The position numbers and the translations under genes were made by a program. Below, one piece after another: positions 17,764-25,314 of a stretch of 64,000 nucleotides of DNA. The notes under the pieces were generated by a model. It ran no database searches. It worked only from the letters and a program-made list of their open reading frames with translations, and was not told the origin of the DNA. Positions within the stretch are counted from its first letter, which is position 1. Every line of letters starts with the position of its first letter. Origin of the DNA: a virus (lineage: Duplodnaviria; Caudoviricetes); IMG/VR virus record IMGVR_UViG_3300028909_000001; one strand, written 5' to 3'.

Positions 17764-18087
17764 TCATTTCATCTTAATGAGAAGCCCAGTCCTGGCGAAT
17801 TCTGTCAACTCTTTGTCAGTAAATTGGGCTAACACTGATTGTCTTGGTTCAACAATCAAGTTACCAGTCATGTCCCAGATGTAACTGTCTCTTATTAATA
17901 CTGAATCTATAGTTAGACATATACTAACCAAGGAATCATCTACCCATAACGTCCGTGAATACCCACCATGGTTAACTCCATTAGTGAGTACGTTCGCGTT
18001 ATACACTATACCGTCAACTAGCTGAAAAGCTAGGTCCTTAGGTTTAGTTCTGAATATTTTGACTCCGGCCTGCTCGACCCCCGGCAA
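17764..18087 (-). CDS. Hypothetical protein, possibly the 3' part of a frameshifted gene
   Basis: Only a TTG start; overlapped by an upstream ATG ORF in another frame. Confidence 0.5.
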   Translation of the reverse strand: MPGVEQAGVKIFRTKPKDLAFQLVDGIVYNANVLTNGVNHGGYSRTLWVDDSLVSICLTIDSVLIRDSYIWDMTGNLIVEPRQSVLAQFTDKELTEFARTGLLIKMK

Positions 18088-18196
18088 ACCGTTGCAAGTC
18101 GAGCTCCTGTCCGCTCGTAATGATTACCAGCACGTCCTGAATAAGTTTTCGGTCCCCGAAACCAACATAATGTATAGCATGGATTGCTTTATTCAT
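18044..18196 (-). CDS. Small hypothetical protein (50 aa, MNKAIHAIHY...)
   Basis: Hand translation from ATG with AT-rich leader. Confidence 0.45.
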   Translation of the reverse strand: MNKAIHAIHYVGFGDRKLIQDVLVIITSGQELDLQRFAGGRAGRSQNIQN

Positions 18197-18255
18197 ATCT
18201 TAATTCCTTTTTATTATAGTTAGTAGCATGCACTCTACTAACTTTTATTGATTAT

Positions 18256-18507
18256 TTAAAGCTCAGTGAAAACCCGGTATCCAGCATCTTTCAAAGGCTG
18301 GACTAATAGTTGACCTACTTTTTTATCACCAATGCCTGGCAACTTTTTCATCGCCTTGACATTAACCACTACCGAGACAACCGCTTCTTCATTTTCAGGA
18401 TTGTCCAAGTCATTATGCCACAGGACTTTGGTGAACTGCAAATTTTTCCCTGCAATCTTGTTAATTTCAAGAATGCAGGTTTGGACTAACTCAAAGTCTA
18501 CTTCCAT
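18256..18507 (-). CDS. Hypothetical protein
   Basis: ATG 18507 (MEVDFEL) within the minus-strand cluster. Confidence 0.65.
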   Translation of the reverse strand: MEVDFELVQTCILEINKIAGKNLQFTKVLWHNDLDNPENEEAVVSVVVNVKAMKKLPGIGDKKVGQLLVQPLKDAGYRVFTEL

Positions 18508-18523
18508 ATTTTTCCTTTCTTGT

Positions 18524-18862
18524 TTAAGGTTGACTAGCAAGATAATTATCTACAAACAGTTTTGCGCGTTCGATTGTAACTGGAACACTACAACCATTAT
18601 CGGTAACCTCATATTTAAGTTCACCAGACTCCAGGGCTATCATAACTTCTATCAGAAATTTTGCCAGTTCTAATTTTTGGTCTTTGTAAAGACGGAGACG
18701 GAGAGGAAGAGGATCACCAGCTTTCCGTCTAGTAGTAGGCAATTCAATAACATACTCAGTAGTAATAGGCAACTCTTGGTTTATTGACAATTCCTTTTTT
18801 TGCCTTGCAAGTTCTTCCTGTGCCTCTTCAACAGAGAGGGTTATTACTGTTTTGTATTTCAT
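18524..18862 (-). CDS. Hypothetical protein
   Basis: ATG 18862 (MKYKTV) overlaps the upstream stop (ATGA). Confidence 0.65.
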   Translation of the reverse strand: MKYKTVITLSVEEAQEELARQKKELSINQELPITTEYVIELPTTRRKAGDPLPLRLRLYKDQKLELAKFLIEVMIALESGELKYEVTDNGCSVPVTIERAKLFVDNYLASQP

Positions 18863-18966
18863 AGTGGTTCTTGAAATGAGCAGGAAATTACAAGACACCA
18901 GAGCAAGTACCTTTTGAATTTGGACTTGCCCCGGAAATCTTGGAGGGAAAATCCTGCTGCCCTCAT
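18859..18966 (-). CDS. Small hypothetical peptide (35 aa)
   Basis: Hand translation MRAAGFSL...; stop coupled to the next start. Confidence 0.4.
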   Translation of the reverse strand: MRAAGFSLQDFRGKSKFKRYLLWCLVISCSFQEPL

Positions 18967-18983
18967 AGTTTTAATTGTAGTGT

Positions 18984-19241
18984 TCATGATTGTAATAGCG
19001 TTGTTTCTCCAAGAGTCAATATTGTATCATCATTCATAAAGACTAGTTCTTCTGATGATTTAATGAAGCCTAATACTATCAAGGCTTGGATTGCTTGGAA
19101 CAAATTACCAGAGTGACTAATATCTTTTGAACGCACCCCGTTGTTGAGAGCAGAATTTATCAAGTCTCTCACTGTGATTTGGGTAGGAGAGGTTTTAACA
19201 ACTCCTACCAGCCAGTTAATTGTTTCTTGAGTAGTTTTCAT
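18984..19241 (-). CDS. Small protein, possibly winged-helix-like
   Basis: MKTTQE...ITVRDLINSAL...LIVLGFIK pattern. Confidence 0.55.
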   Translation of the reverse strand: MKTTQETINWLVGVVKTSPTQITVRDLINSALNNGVRSKDISHSGNLFQAIQALIVLGFIKSSEELVFMNDDTILTLGETTLLQS

Positions 19242-19242
19242 A

Positions 19243-19512
19243 TTATTCTTTTTCCAACCATAGAACTGTACCTCGTTCAAATAAAGGTACCATTCCTTCA
19301 ACTAGTTGAGGAGTAGAACCACCTCCTAAACAAGAAGTATGGACTGCCGGATCGAACTCGGCTTCCCATCCATCCTTCGATACATCAACAAAAACACTGT
19401 TAGCTGGATGGCGTTTCATTACATATTCTTGATTAGCCGGATTATCCAAGAATGCTCCATTAACTACGAATCGTTGGCATTCACAACAAACTGCATTTGC
19501 AAAATTTTTCAT
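19243..19512 (-). CDS. Hypothetical protein
   Basis: ATG lies within the repeated 65-bp module. Confidence 0.7.
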   Translation of the reverse strand: MKNFANAVCCECQRFVVNGAFLDNPANQEYVMKRHPANSVFVDVSKDGWEAEFDPAVHTSCLGGGSTPQLVEGMVPLFERGTVLWLEKE

Positions 19513-19569
19513 ATTTTATCATTTTATTAAAGAGGGTGGACTCATTTAGAATCCACCCTCCTAGTTTAA
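19505..19569 (-). repeat. 65-bp intergenic direct repeat, copy 1 (hairpin plus AT-rich start region)
   Basis: Identical to 20207-20272 except for one indel. Confidence 0.9.
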
Positions 19570-19575
19570 TTGTAG

Positions 19576-20214
19576 TTATTGATCTTGATAGACCAAGATC
19601 CCTTCTAGAGTATCAACCACTCCAGATTTAGAACTGCTACCACGACCAAACAGGTAGCCCACTATGCCTGGCCTATAATGCCCATGGTGGCTGGTACATA
19701 TATGTGCACCTACTAGCAGCACTTGATGGCGGTATGTACCACCGACATCCCATCGGATAAACTCTGTTTTCAGTTTGCGAACTTCTGTGAAGTCCTGATT
19801 ATTAGCCCATAGATATAGGGCCACCTCTTTTGCTAGGCCTATCCAATGACCTAGCCTTGCTATTTCGAGGTAACAAAGGTGCTTGGCTGTTTCATCAGCC
19901 ATATACTGCTTTAAAGCAGCAATATATCCGGCTCGGTACGATTCCGATGTGTCCCTGAATTCGGCATTAATGCCGGTAGATATGAACTTTCTACCATCCC
20001 ACCGGCTGAATGGGGTGTAAACCAACTCGTCCGGATAGTTTTCCGGAATTTCTTTTATCCAATAAGATTGGCATTCCGCCGTCCCTGCCAGATACCCATG
20101 TTCCCAGTCTTGCTGGGATTTAGTCATGGATTCTGCCCATTTTTGGGCAACCTCTTTTATTCCATTTTCCTTTGCAGCCATCAAAGCTGCAATTAATCTT
20201 CTATGTTTTTTCAT
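19576..20214 (-). CDS. Hypothetical protein
   Basis: 212-aa ATG ORF flanked by the two repeat copies. Confidence 0.75.
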   Translation of the reverse strand: MKKHRRLIAALMAAKENGIKEVAQKWAESMTKSQQDWEHGYLAGTAECQSYWIKEIPENYPDELVYTPFSRWDGRKFISTGINAEFRDTSESYRAGYIAALKQYMADETAKHLCYLEIARLGHWIGLAKEVALYLWANNQDFTEVRKLKTEFIRWDVGGTYRHQVLLVGAHICTSHHGHYRPGIVGYLFGRGSSSKSGVVDTLEGILVYQDQ

Positions 20215-20272
20215 ATTTTATCATTTTATTAAAGAGGGTGGACTCATTTAGAATCCACCACTCCTAGTTTAA
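20207..20272 (-). repeat. 65-bp intergenic direct repeat, copy 2
   Basis: GAGGGTGGA...TCCACC hairpin and TTTAATAAAATGATAAAATATGAAAAA. Confidence 0.9.
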
Positions 20273-20598
20273 ATTTGAGACCAGTGAACGGGCTGAGACT
20301 CTACCGGAACATTAACATAAGCTGGTAGATCGCCAGCAGTTGCCGTCATATCATCAGAGTAGTGCTTCTCGATATGCACACCACCCTGGTAATGCCCTAC
20401 TACGATCACAGTGAAGTGACCGTTGATCGTCTTGCCACAAAAAGTAATGCTTTCCAACTTCAGAATCTTGTGAGGATTAGCACTACTATTCTGCTGCCCT
20501 AAGTTCACTGCAATATCAGTATGCAGTGGAATTTTCCCCGGATCTGTCCGCCTCTTAAAGAGACGGTTCGCCCTATTATAGTTATCTAATGATGCCAT
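20269..20598 (-). CDS. Hypothetical protein
   Basis: ATG ORF tightly packed in the cluster. Confidence 0.7.
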   Translation of the reverse strand: MASLDNYNRANRLFKRRTDPGKIPLHTDIAVNLGQQNSSANPHKILKLESITFCGKTINGHFTVIVVGHYQGGVHIEKHYSDDMTATAGDLPAYVNVPVESQPVHWSQI

Positions 20599-20599
20599 A

Positions 20600-20986
20600 T
20601 CAATATTGTTTTTTGGTTATTACTAGATACGGAATGTACCCAGCTTTCGTTGGTTGGTCTAGTTTGAGAGCTTTGACTAGCTCTATTTTAACTACATGAC
20701 CGTGCTGCACTAATGCAACCGGTCTATTGAATCCTTGTAGTTGCTCCAAACTATCATCTAGCTGGAACAGGTGATATGTGAATACAAAGCCTGGAAACCG
20801 AAGTCTCAAGGCTCCTAACGGGTTAAGTCCGAAGGCATAGCACATCGGAACGAATTCCTGAATTAACTCCTGGTAATCAGGATGATGTAATAGTAGGGTA
20901 TGATCTCCATGTACCCCTATATTTTCCAATTCAGTGAAGAGGGTTTTTAAAACCTCTCCTACTAGTCGGTTAGTTTTTGTTTTCAT
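20600..20986 (-). CDS. Hypothetical protein
   Basis: ATG ORF tightly packed in the cluster. Confidence 0.7.
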   Translation of the reverse strand: MKTKTNRLVGEVLKTLFTELENIGVHGDHTLLLHHPDYQELIQEFVPMCYAFGLNPLGALRLRFPGFVFTYHLFQLDDSLEQLQGFNRPVALVQHGHVVKIELVKALKLDQPTKAGYIPYLVITKKQY

Positions 20987-21056
20987 TTAGATTAACTACA
21001 GCTTCTTATGGGAGCTAGTCCAGGTTGTGTTATTATAGTCAACCAACTATATTATT

Positions 21057-21899
21057 TTACCCTTCCCGAACAAACCTGATCTTATCTGCACATGGCCCCT
21101 TCTTATTAGTGGAATATACGAAAGAGACGGTATCTCCTTCATATAGTTTCCCGCTATCGATGGGAAATGTTACATCTTCCCAGTTAGTGACGTGCCAGTA
21201 TAGCCGTTGTGCCCCAGGGATATTGGGAAGAATAAATCCATACCCATTAGTGAAGATGGAGATGACAGTACCCTCCACCCTTTCATTAGATGAGGTCAGT
21301 TCCTTCAACCCAATGTACCGAATCTGCCCACCAACTGAAGAAACGGTTTTCATCTCGAACTCAGGTAACATTTCAATGATTTCGGAGAGCGATGTAACTC
21401 CGAACTCAGTGTAGTCTATCTCTGGGTTGAGCTTTTTCAAAGTCTCCCCTACAGATGCTAAGTTCGCACTCGGCCCACCCAACTGCCTTATCGTAGCTAA
21501 ATAGGCAGCCTTGATTTGCTGCTTCACTACATCTGATATTGGTGGGAATGCCTCCGGCTTGATCTCCTTCACTACCAAAGTAGCAATGGAGTTGGTTTCG
21601 CCACTAACCGGATCACGCTTTACCACATTAAGCTGAATTTTCCCAGCCTGCAGTTTCCGGAGCATGAATCCGGCATACTTCCCACCCGCCAATGTAATGT
21701 CAATAACCAGATCGATTACCTCCTGTTCGACCTTGACCGACTTCATCTCTGGTTGAATATTAGTGAGTTTAGTGAGTTTAACAACTTCCTCAACCTCAAG
21801 TTCTGTTAAGGAGCAGGAGGTTGAGTTGAGCCGAGGGACATACTTGAGAATCTCCTTACTAGAGATTCCCAACTTCTTAGCTAATTCGTGAACGCGCAT
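21057..21899 (-). CDS. IF2-N-like HTH + OST-HTH/LOTUS + cold-shock domain RNA-binding protein
   Basis: MRVHELAKKLGISSKEIL; LASVGETLKK...YTEFGVTSLSEII; GTV...GYGFI...LYWH...GDTVSF. Confidence 0.8.
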   Translation of the reverse strand: MRVHELAKKLGISSKEILKYVPRLNSTSCSLTELEVEEVVKLTKLTNIQPEMKSVKVEQEVIDLVIDITLAGGKYAGFMLRKLQAGKIQLNVVKRDPVSGETNSIATLVVKEIKPEAFPPISDVVKQQIKAAYLATIRQLGGPSANLASVGETLKKLNPEIDYTEFGVTSLSEIIEMLPEFEMKTVSSVGGQIRYIGLKELTSSNERVEGTVISIFTNGYGFILPNIPGAQRLYWHVTNWEDVTFPIDSGKLYEGDTVSFVYSTNKKGPCADKIRFVREG

Positions 21900-22073
21900 A
21901 TGTTTTTAGTTTGAAGGAGGAACAAGGAATTTATCTTGTCCCTATTATTGATTGTGAGTTTTACAGGAGTTCTAACAACCCCCTCCTGCCTTATCTTTAT
22001 TGCTGGAACAAAAGCCAGCAATTGAATTTTTGCGATTTTGATTTTCATTAAGTTAACAAACTCTGTTCAATAT

Positions 22074-22115
22074 ATTATACCTGATTATGGTAAATATAGA
22101 TGGTGGGGGGAGGGG
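22074..22115 (-). promoter_or_regulatory. Class A promoter (leftward)
   Basis: CCCCTCCCCCC-N23-GGTATAAT. Confidence 0.65.
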
Positions 22116-22151
22116 TCGTTATTCATATGTATCGTGTAATATAGTACCCGA

Positions 22152-22192
22152 CCCCTCCCCTCCTAATTATTTTGCCTAAATAAAGGTATAAT
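22152..22192 (+). promoter_or_regulatory. Class A promoter (rightward)
   Basis: CCCCTCCCCTC-N22-GGTATAAT. Confidence 0.7.
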
Positions 22193-22264
22193 AGTCTGAT
22201 AGAGCGTCTTTAAATATTTAGAGATGTTCTCAGTAAACCGCAACAAACGTTACTACAAAACATT

Positions 22265-22378
22265 ATGAAGATCACTGTTATCTGTTTATCCGTGGCCTGT
22301 GTCGTTTTACTGGGCTGGGCCATTGTCAAGACCACCCCCTCTGGGAGCAGAGCCCCGGCCCCTACTGCCCAGAAGTAA
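22265..22378 (+). CDS. Small membrane peptide (37 aa)
   Basis: Hand translation MKITVICLSVACVVLLGWAIVK... Confidence 0.5.
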   Translation: MKITVICLSVACVVLLGWAIVKTTPSGSRAPAPTAQK

Positions 22379-22426
22379 GTACAAGTTTCAACCCTGGCGC
22401 GCCCAGCAGTAAGCCAACGGTTGCGG

Positions 22427-22637
22427 TAGGAGGGGGCTGGAGAAGAGTAGTCTTCAGCCCCTATCCTTCCAGTTACATTCAGTAGTAAGTAAACTACCTA
22501 GATACTCATAGGTAGTTTACTTACTATTTTGTCATCTAATTTTTTTTGCTAGCGAACAACAAACAACATGAACATTTCTTTACTACGAGCACAATATGAT
22601 AACGCAGGGTCAAGGTCATGGTCAGGGACAAGGTCAG
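22427..22637 (+). repeat. Duplicated leader + MNISLL cassette, copy 1
   Basis: Similar to 23289-23469: hairpin, AGTTTACTTACTATTTTGTCATCTAAT, and an identical ORF start. Confidence 0.85.
22483..22526. repeat. Perfect 18-bp inverted repeat
   Basis: TAGTAAGTAAACTACCTA-N8-TAGGTAGTTTACTTACTA. Confidence 0.9.
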
Positions 22638-22840
22638 GGTCAAGGTCAGGGTCAGAGTCAGTGTCAAGGTCAAGGGCAGGGTCAGGGTCAAGGTCAGGGT
22701 CATGGTCAGTGTCAAGGTCAGGGTCAAGGTCATGGTCAAGGTCAGGGTCAAGGTCATGGTCAGAGTCAAGGTCAAGGTCAAGGTCAAGGTCAGGGTCAAG
22801 GTCAAGGTCAAGGTCAGGGTCAAGGTCAGGGACATGGTAA
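22568..22840 (+). CDS. Ser/Arg/Gly/Trp-repeat (RS-like) protein, copy 1
   Basis: The unique N-terminus MNISLLRAQYDNAG is conserved in both copies, which defines the frame. Confidence 0.7.
   Translation: MNISLLRAQYDNAGSRSWSGTRSGSRSGSESVSRSRAGSGSRSGSWSVSRSGSRSWSRSGSRSWSESRSRSRSRSGSRSRSRSGSRSGTW
22605..22837 (+). repeat. Hexamer tandem repeat (CARGGT/CATGGT)n
   Basis: Visible tandem array. Confidence 0.95.
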
Positions 22841-22915
22841 AAATAATAAAGTTCTGATCAACTCTACCAACGAACAACAAACAACAAACAACAAACAACA
22901 AACAACAACAAAAAT

Positions 22916-23278
22916 ATGATTAACATTAATGAACTAACTATTGGGGAAGTCAAGGAACTGGCAAAAATTGCTCAGTCGTTAAACCTCTGTTCCAAACCTG
23001 CTCCTGAAAATAACTCCCATCCGTACCAAGTCGGTGATAAATATTTCGTACGGACCGTTACCCATCACTATACCGGCCAGTTAGAGCAGGTATCGGAACA
23101 TGAGTTGGTCCTCTCCCAGGCCGCATGGGTTGCAGATGATGGTAAGTTTTCAGCAGCGGTCAGTTCTGGTAATTTCAATGAAGTTGAGATGTACCCGGCT
23201 TGCCAGAAAGTGATTATTGGTAGGGCTGCGATTTTGGATGCAGTAATGATTCCGGTGTTACCTACCCAGACCAAGTAA
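22916..23278 (+). CDS. Conserved phage protein (VRTVT...YTGQL...AAWVAD), possible Sm/SH3-like barrel
   Basis: Motif pattern recalled from phage proteins found next to SRS repeat ORFs. Confidence 0.75.
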   Translation: MININELTIGEVKELAKIAQSLNLCSKPAPENNSHPYQVGDKYFVRTVTHHYTGQLEQVSEHELVLSQAAWVADDGKFSAAVSSGNFNEVEMYPACQKVIIGRAAILDAVMIPVLPTQTK

Positions 23279-23288
23279 GTGAAGTTAA

Positions 23289-23469
23289 TAGGAGGGGTTG
23301 GAGAAGAATAGTCTTCAGCCTCTCCTAATTATATTTAGTAAGCAGTTTACTTACTATTTTGTCATCTAATTTTTTTGCCAGCTAACAATAACAAACAACA
23401 TGAACATTTCTTTACTACGAGCACAATATGATAACGCAGGGTCAAGGTCATGGTCAGGGACAAGGTCAA
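23289..23469 (+). repeat. Duplicated leader + MNISLL cassette, copy 2
   Basis: Similar to 22427-22637; the long palindrome is shortened here. Confidence 0.85.
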
Positions 23470-23738
23470 GGTTAGGGTCAGGGTCAGGGTCAGGGTCAGG
23501 GTCAGGGTCAAGGTTAGGGTCAGGGTCAGGGTCAGGGTCAGGGTCAGGGTCAGGGTCAAGGTCATGGTCAAGGTCAGGGTCAGAGTCAGTGTCAAGGTCA
23601 AGGTCAGGGTCAAGGTCAAGGTCATGGTCAGGGTCAAGGTCATGGTCAGGGACAAGGTCATGGTCAGGGTCAGGGTCAGGGTCATCGTCATCGTCATGGT
23701 CAGGGTCAGGGTCAGGGTCAAGGGCAGGGTCATCGTAA
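23400..23738 (+). CDS. Ser/Gly/Arg-repeat protein, copy 2
   Basis: Same N-terminus as copy 1, with a longer SG-rich array. Confidence 0.7.
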   Translation: MNISLLRAQYDNAGSRSWSGTRSRLGSGSGSGSGSGSRLGSGSGSGSGSGSGSRSWSRSGSESVSRSRSGSRSRSWSGSRSWSGTRSWSGSGSGSSSSSWSGSGSGSRAGSS

Positions 23739-23759
23739 TGGTCAGGGTCAAGGGCAGGT
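23437..23759 (+). repeat. Hexamer tandem repeat, copy 2
   Basis: Visible tandem array. Confidence 0.95.
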
Positions 23760-23778
23760 GCTATTAAGTAAGCAATTT

Positions 23779-23819
23779 GAATTGGTAGAATAGTTCAACT
23801 CTGGCTATTCTACCAATTC
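23779..23819. terminator. 15-bp perfect hairpin, probable terminator or processing site
   Basis: GAATTGGTAGAATAG-N11-CTATTCTACCAATTC. Confidence 0.7.
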
Positions 23820-23989
23820 CTTAAAAATAAATAATTTAACTTATTTTTAACTATAAGTAACTGTTTTACCTTATATACCACATTTACCCTCCTATCCACC
23901 TCCCTCCACCCCTCTCTGCATCCCCTAACCCTCACCTTTACCCTATAAACATTACTCATTATATCAAACTGTAGTATTATTTTATCTAT

Positions 23990-24337
23990 ATGAAACATAC
24001 AACTCGAATTACAATAAACCACCACTCCCTACCTCCAGAATACAAACTAACCCTGATAAATAAACTAACCCTCCTATACCCCCTCTCTTCAACTACTCAC
24101 TATTATTTAATCGTTCTTATACATGCCTTAACTAGCGCTACCACTAATATTACCTATTATGAGATTGGTAGATTCTTTTATAAACTATTTAAATGTATTA
24201 AGAATAATAAAGTTGAAGATAGAGTATATATTAATGCTAACCAATACTTAACCGAAACTGACATGCAAATCCTCTCCAACCTGATTGAATTCCATGACCT
24301 TACTACCGAACAAAATCAAGCTAATATCCAAAACTGA
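23990..24337 (+). CDS. Leu-rich small protein, possible paralog 1
   Basis: ATG ORF; pattern similar to the next two ORFs. Confidence 0.6.
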   Translation: MKHTTRITINHHSLPPEYKLTLINKLTLLYPLSSTTHYYLIVLIHALTSATTNITYYEIGRFFYKLFKCIKNNKVEDRVYINANQYLTETDMQILSNLIEFHDLTTEQNQANIQN

Positions 24338-24596
24338 TAGACTAGACCTTATTTATAGTTTAACTAATATATTCTTTGATACCATTCTAGTTAATACTGG
24401 TAGAAGTAATAAAGATAAAGTATCACTATTAACCGTAGTACATGCATTATCTTTTCCTAGCTCAGACTGGTATCCGATAACAGGATATTATAAAAAGCTC
24501 CTAACTTACATTAAAGAAGATGAACTAGAGGCTGATCCTAATATCAATATATATTTTACTAAGAAACATATAAAACTACTGAAATCAATTATATGA
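24294..24596 (+). CDS. Leu-rich small protein, possible paralog 2
   Basis: First in-frame ATG at 24294. Confidence 0.6.
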   Translation: MTLLPNKIKLISKTDRLDLIYSLTNIFFDTILVNTGRSNKDKVSLLTVVHALSFPSSDWYPITGYYKKLLTYIKEDELEADPNINIYFTKKHIKLLKSII

Positions 24597-24949
24597 ATAA
24601 CAATCCTATCTTTAATGAACCATTTATCCTCAATTTAAGTAGTGAGGCCAAACTACTACTAATTAAAGCCTTATGTAAACTAGCTATAAGTAATTTCAGC
24701 CATACTATATTAATTGATTCTTTTATAGTTATTAATAGTATAGTAAATAACCTGGAACGGGATACTGTTAATCTAGGTGATTACTGGCGAACTCTACCTA
24801 CTAGTAAAAGAACTAAGTGGGTAAGAATACTAGTATATATAAAGAATAGTCAGAACTTGGCCGAGACGCTTACATATCAACGAGGAAGCAGAGTTATTAA
24901 TCTGCTAACTGAACATGAATACGAACTACTTAAACAACTGATATTATGA
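24593..24949 (+). CDS. Leu-rich small protein, possible paralog 3
   Basis: ATGA coupling with neighbours. Confidence 0.65.
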   Translation: MNNNPIFNEPFILNLSSEAKLLLIKALCKLAISNFSHTILIDSFIVINSIVNNLERDTVNLGDYWRTLPTSKRTKWVRILVYIKNSQNLAETLTYQRGSRVINLLTEHEYELLKQLIL

Positions 24950-25314
24950 AAGATAAGATTAAGAAAGTATTGATTGAACGCAGTATTATGGAGCTACCTC
25001 TTAGTTTAAGTGGTGGATATGCTAATGGTTATGTAGGTATGCCTCCTGAACATCCTTGGTTCGGTAAGTATTATACTAATCTTGACGTTTCCATTCACGG
25101 TGGGCTTACTTATTCCAACCCGTATTTACCTAATAATATATATGATACAACATTGTGGTGGATAGGATTTGATACTAGTCACTACGGCGATACTATAATT
25201 ACCTGTAATAGAACTTACTGTGAAAATGAATTGAAATCCTTATATAATCAAGTAGTGGCTGCAATTCCTGGCATATACTGTATTTACGTTGATACTATCT
25301 GTCCTAAATTATGA
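24946..25314 (+). CDS. Conserved phage protein (NGYV...IHGGLTY...WWIGFD..H family)
   Basis: Recognisable widespread phage motif. Confidence 0.75.
   Translation: MKDKIKKVLIERSIMELPLSLSGGYANGYVGMPPEHPWFGKYYTNLDVSIHGGLTYSNPYLPNNIYDTTLWWIGFDTSHYGDTIITCNRTYCENELKSLYNQVVAAIPGIYCIYVDTICPKL

Noticed and set aside
22107-22160. 12-bp inverted repeat as a terminator or transposon end
   Set aside because: It is explained by the C-boxes of two back-to-back class A promoters.
22605-23759. CRISPR array
   Set aside because: These are short tandem hexamers without unique spacers, and no cas genes are present.
22536-23767. TL-, QG- and VR-repeat ORFs from the track as genes
   Set aside because: They are by-products of the hexamer array. 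Only the MNISLL frame has a unique N-terminus conserved in both copies.
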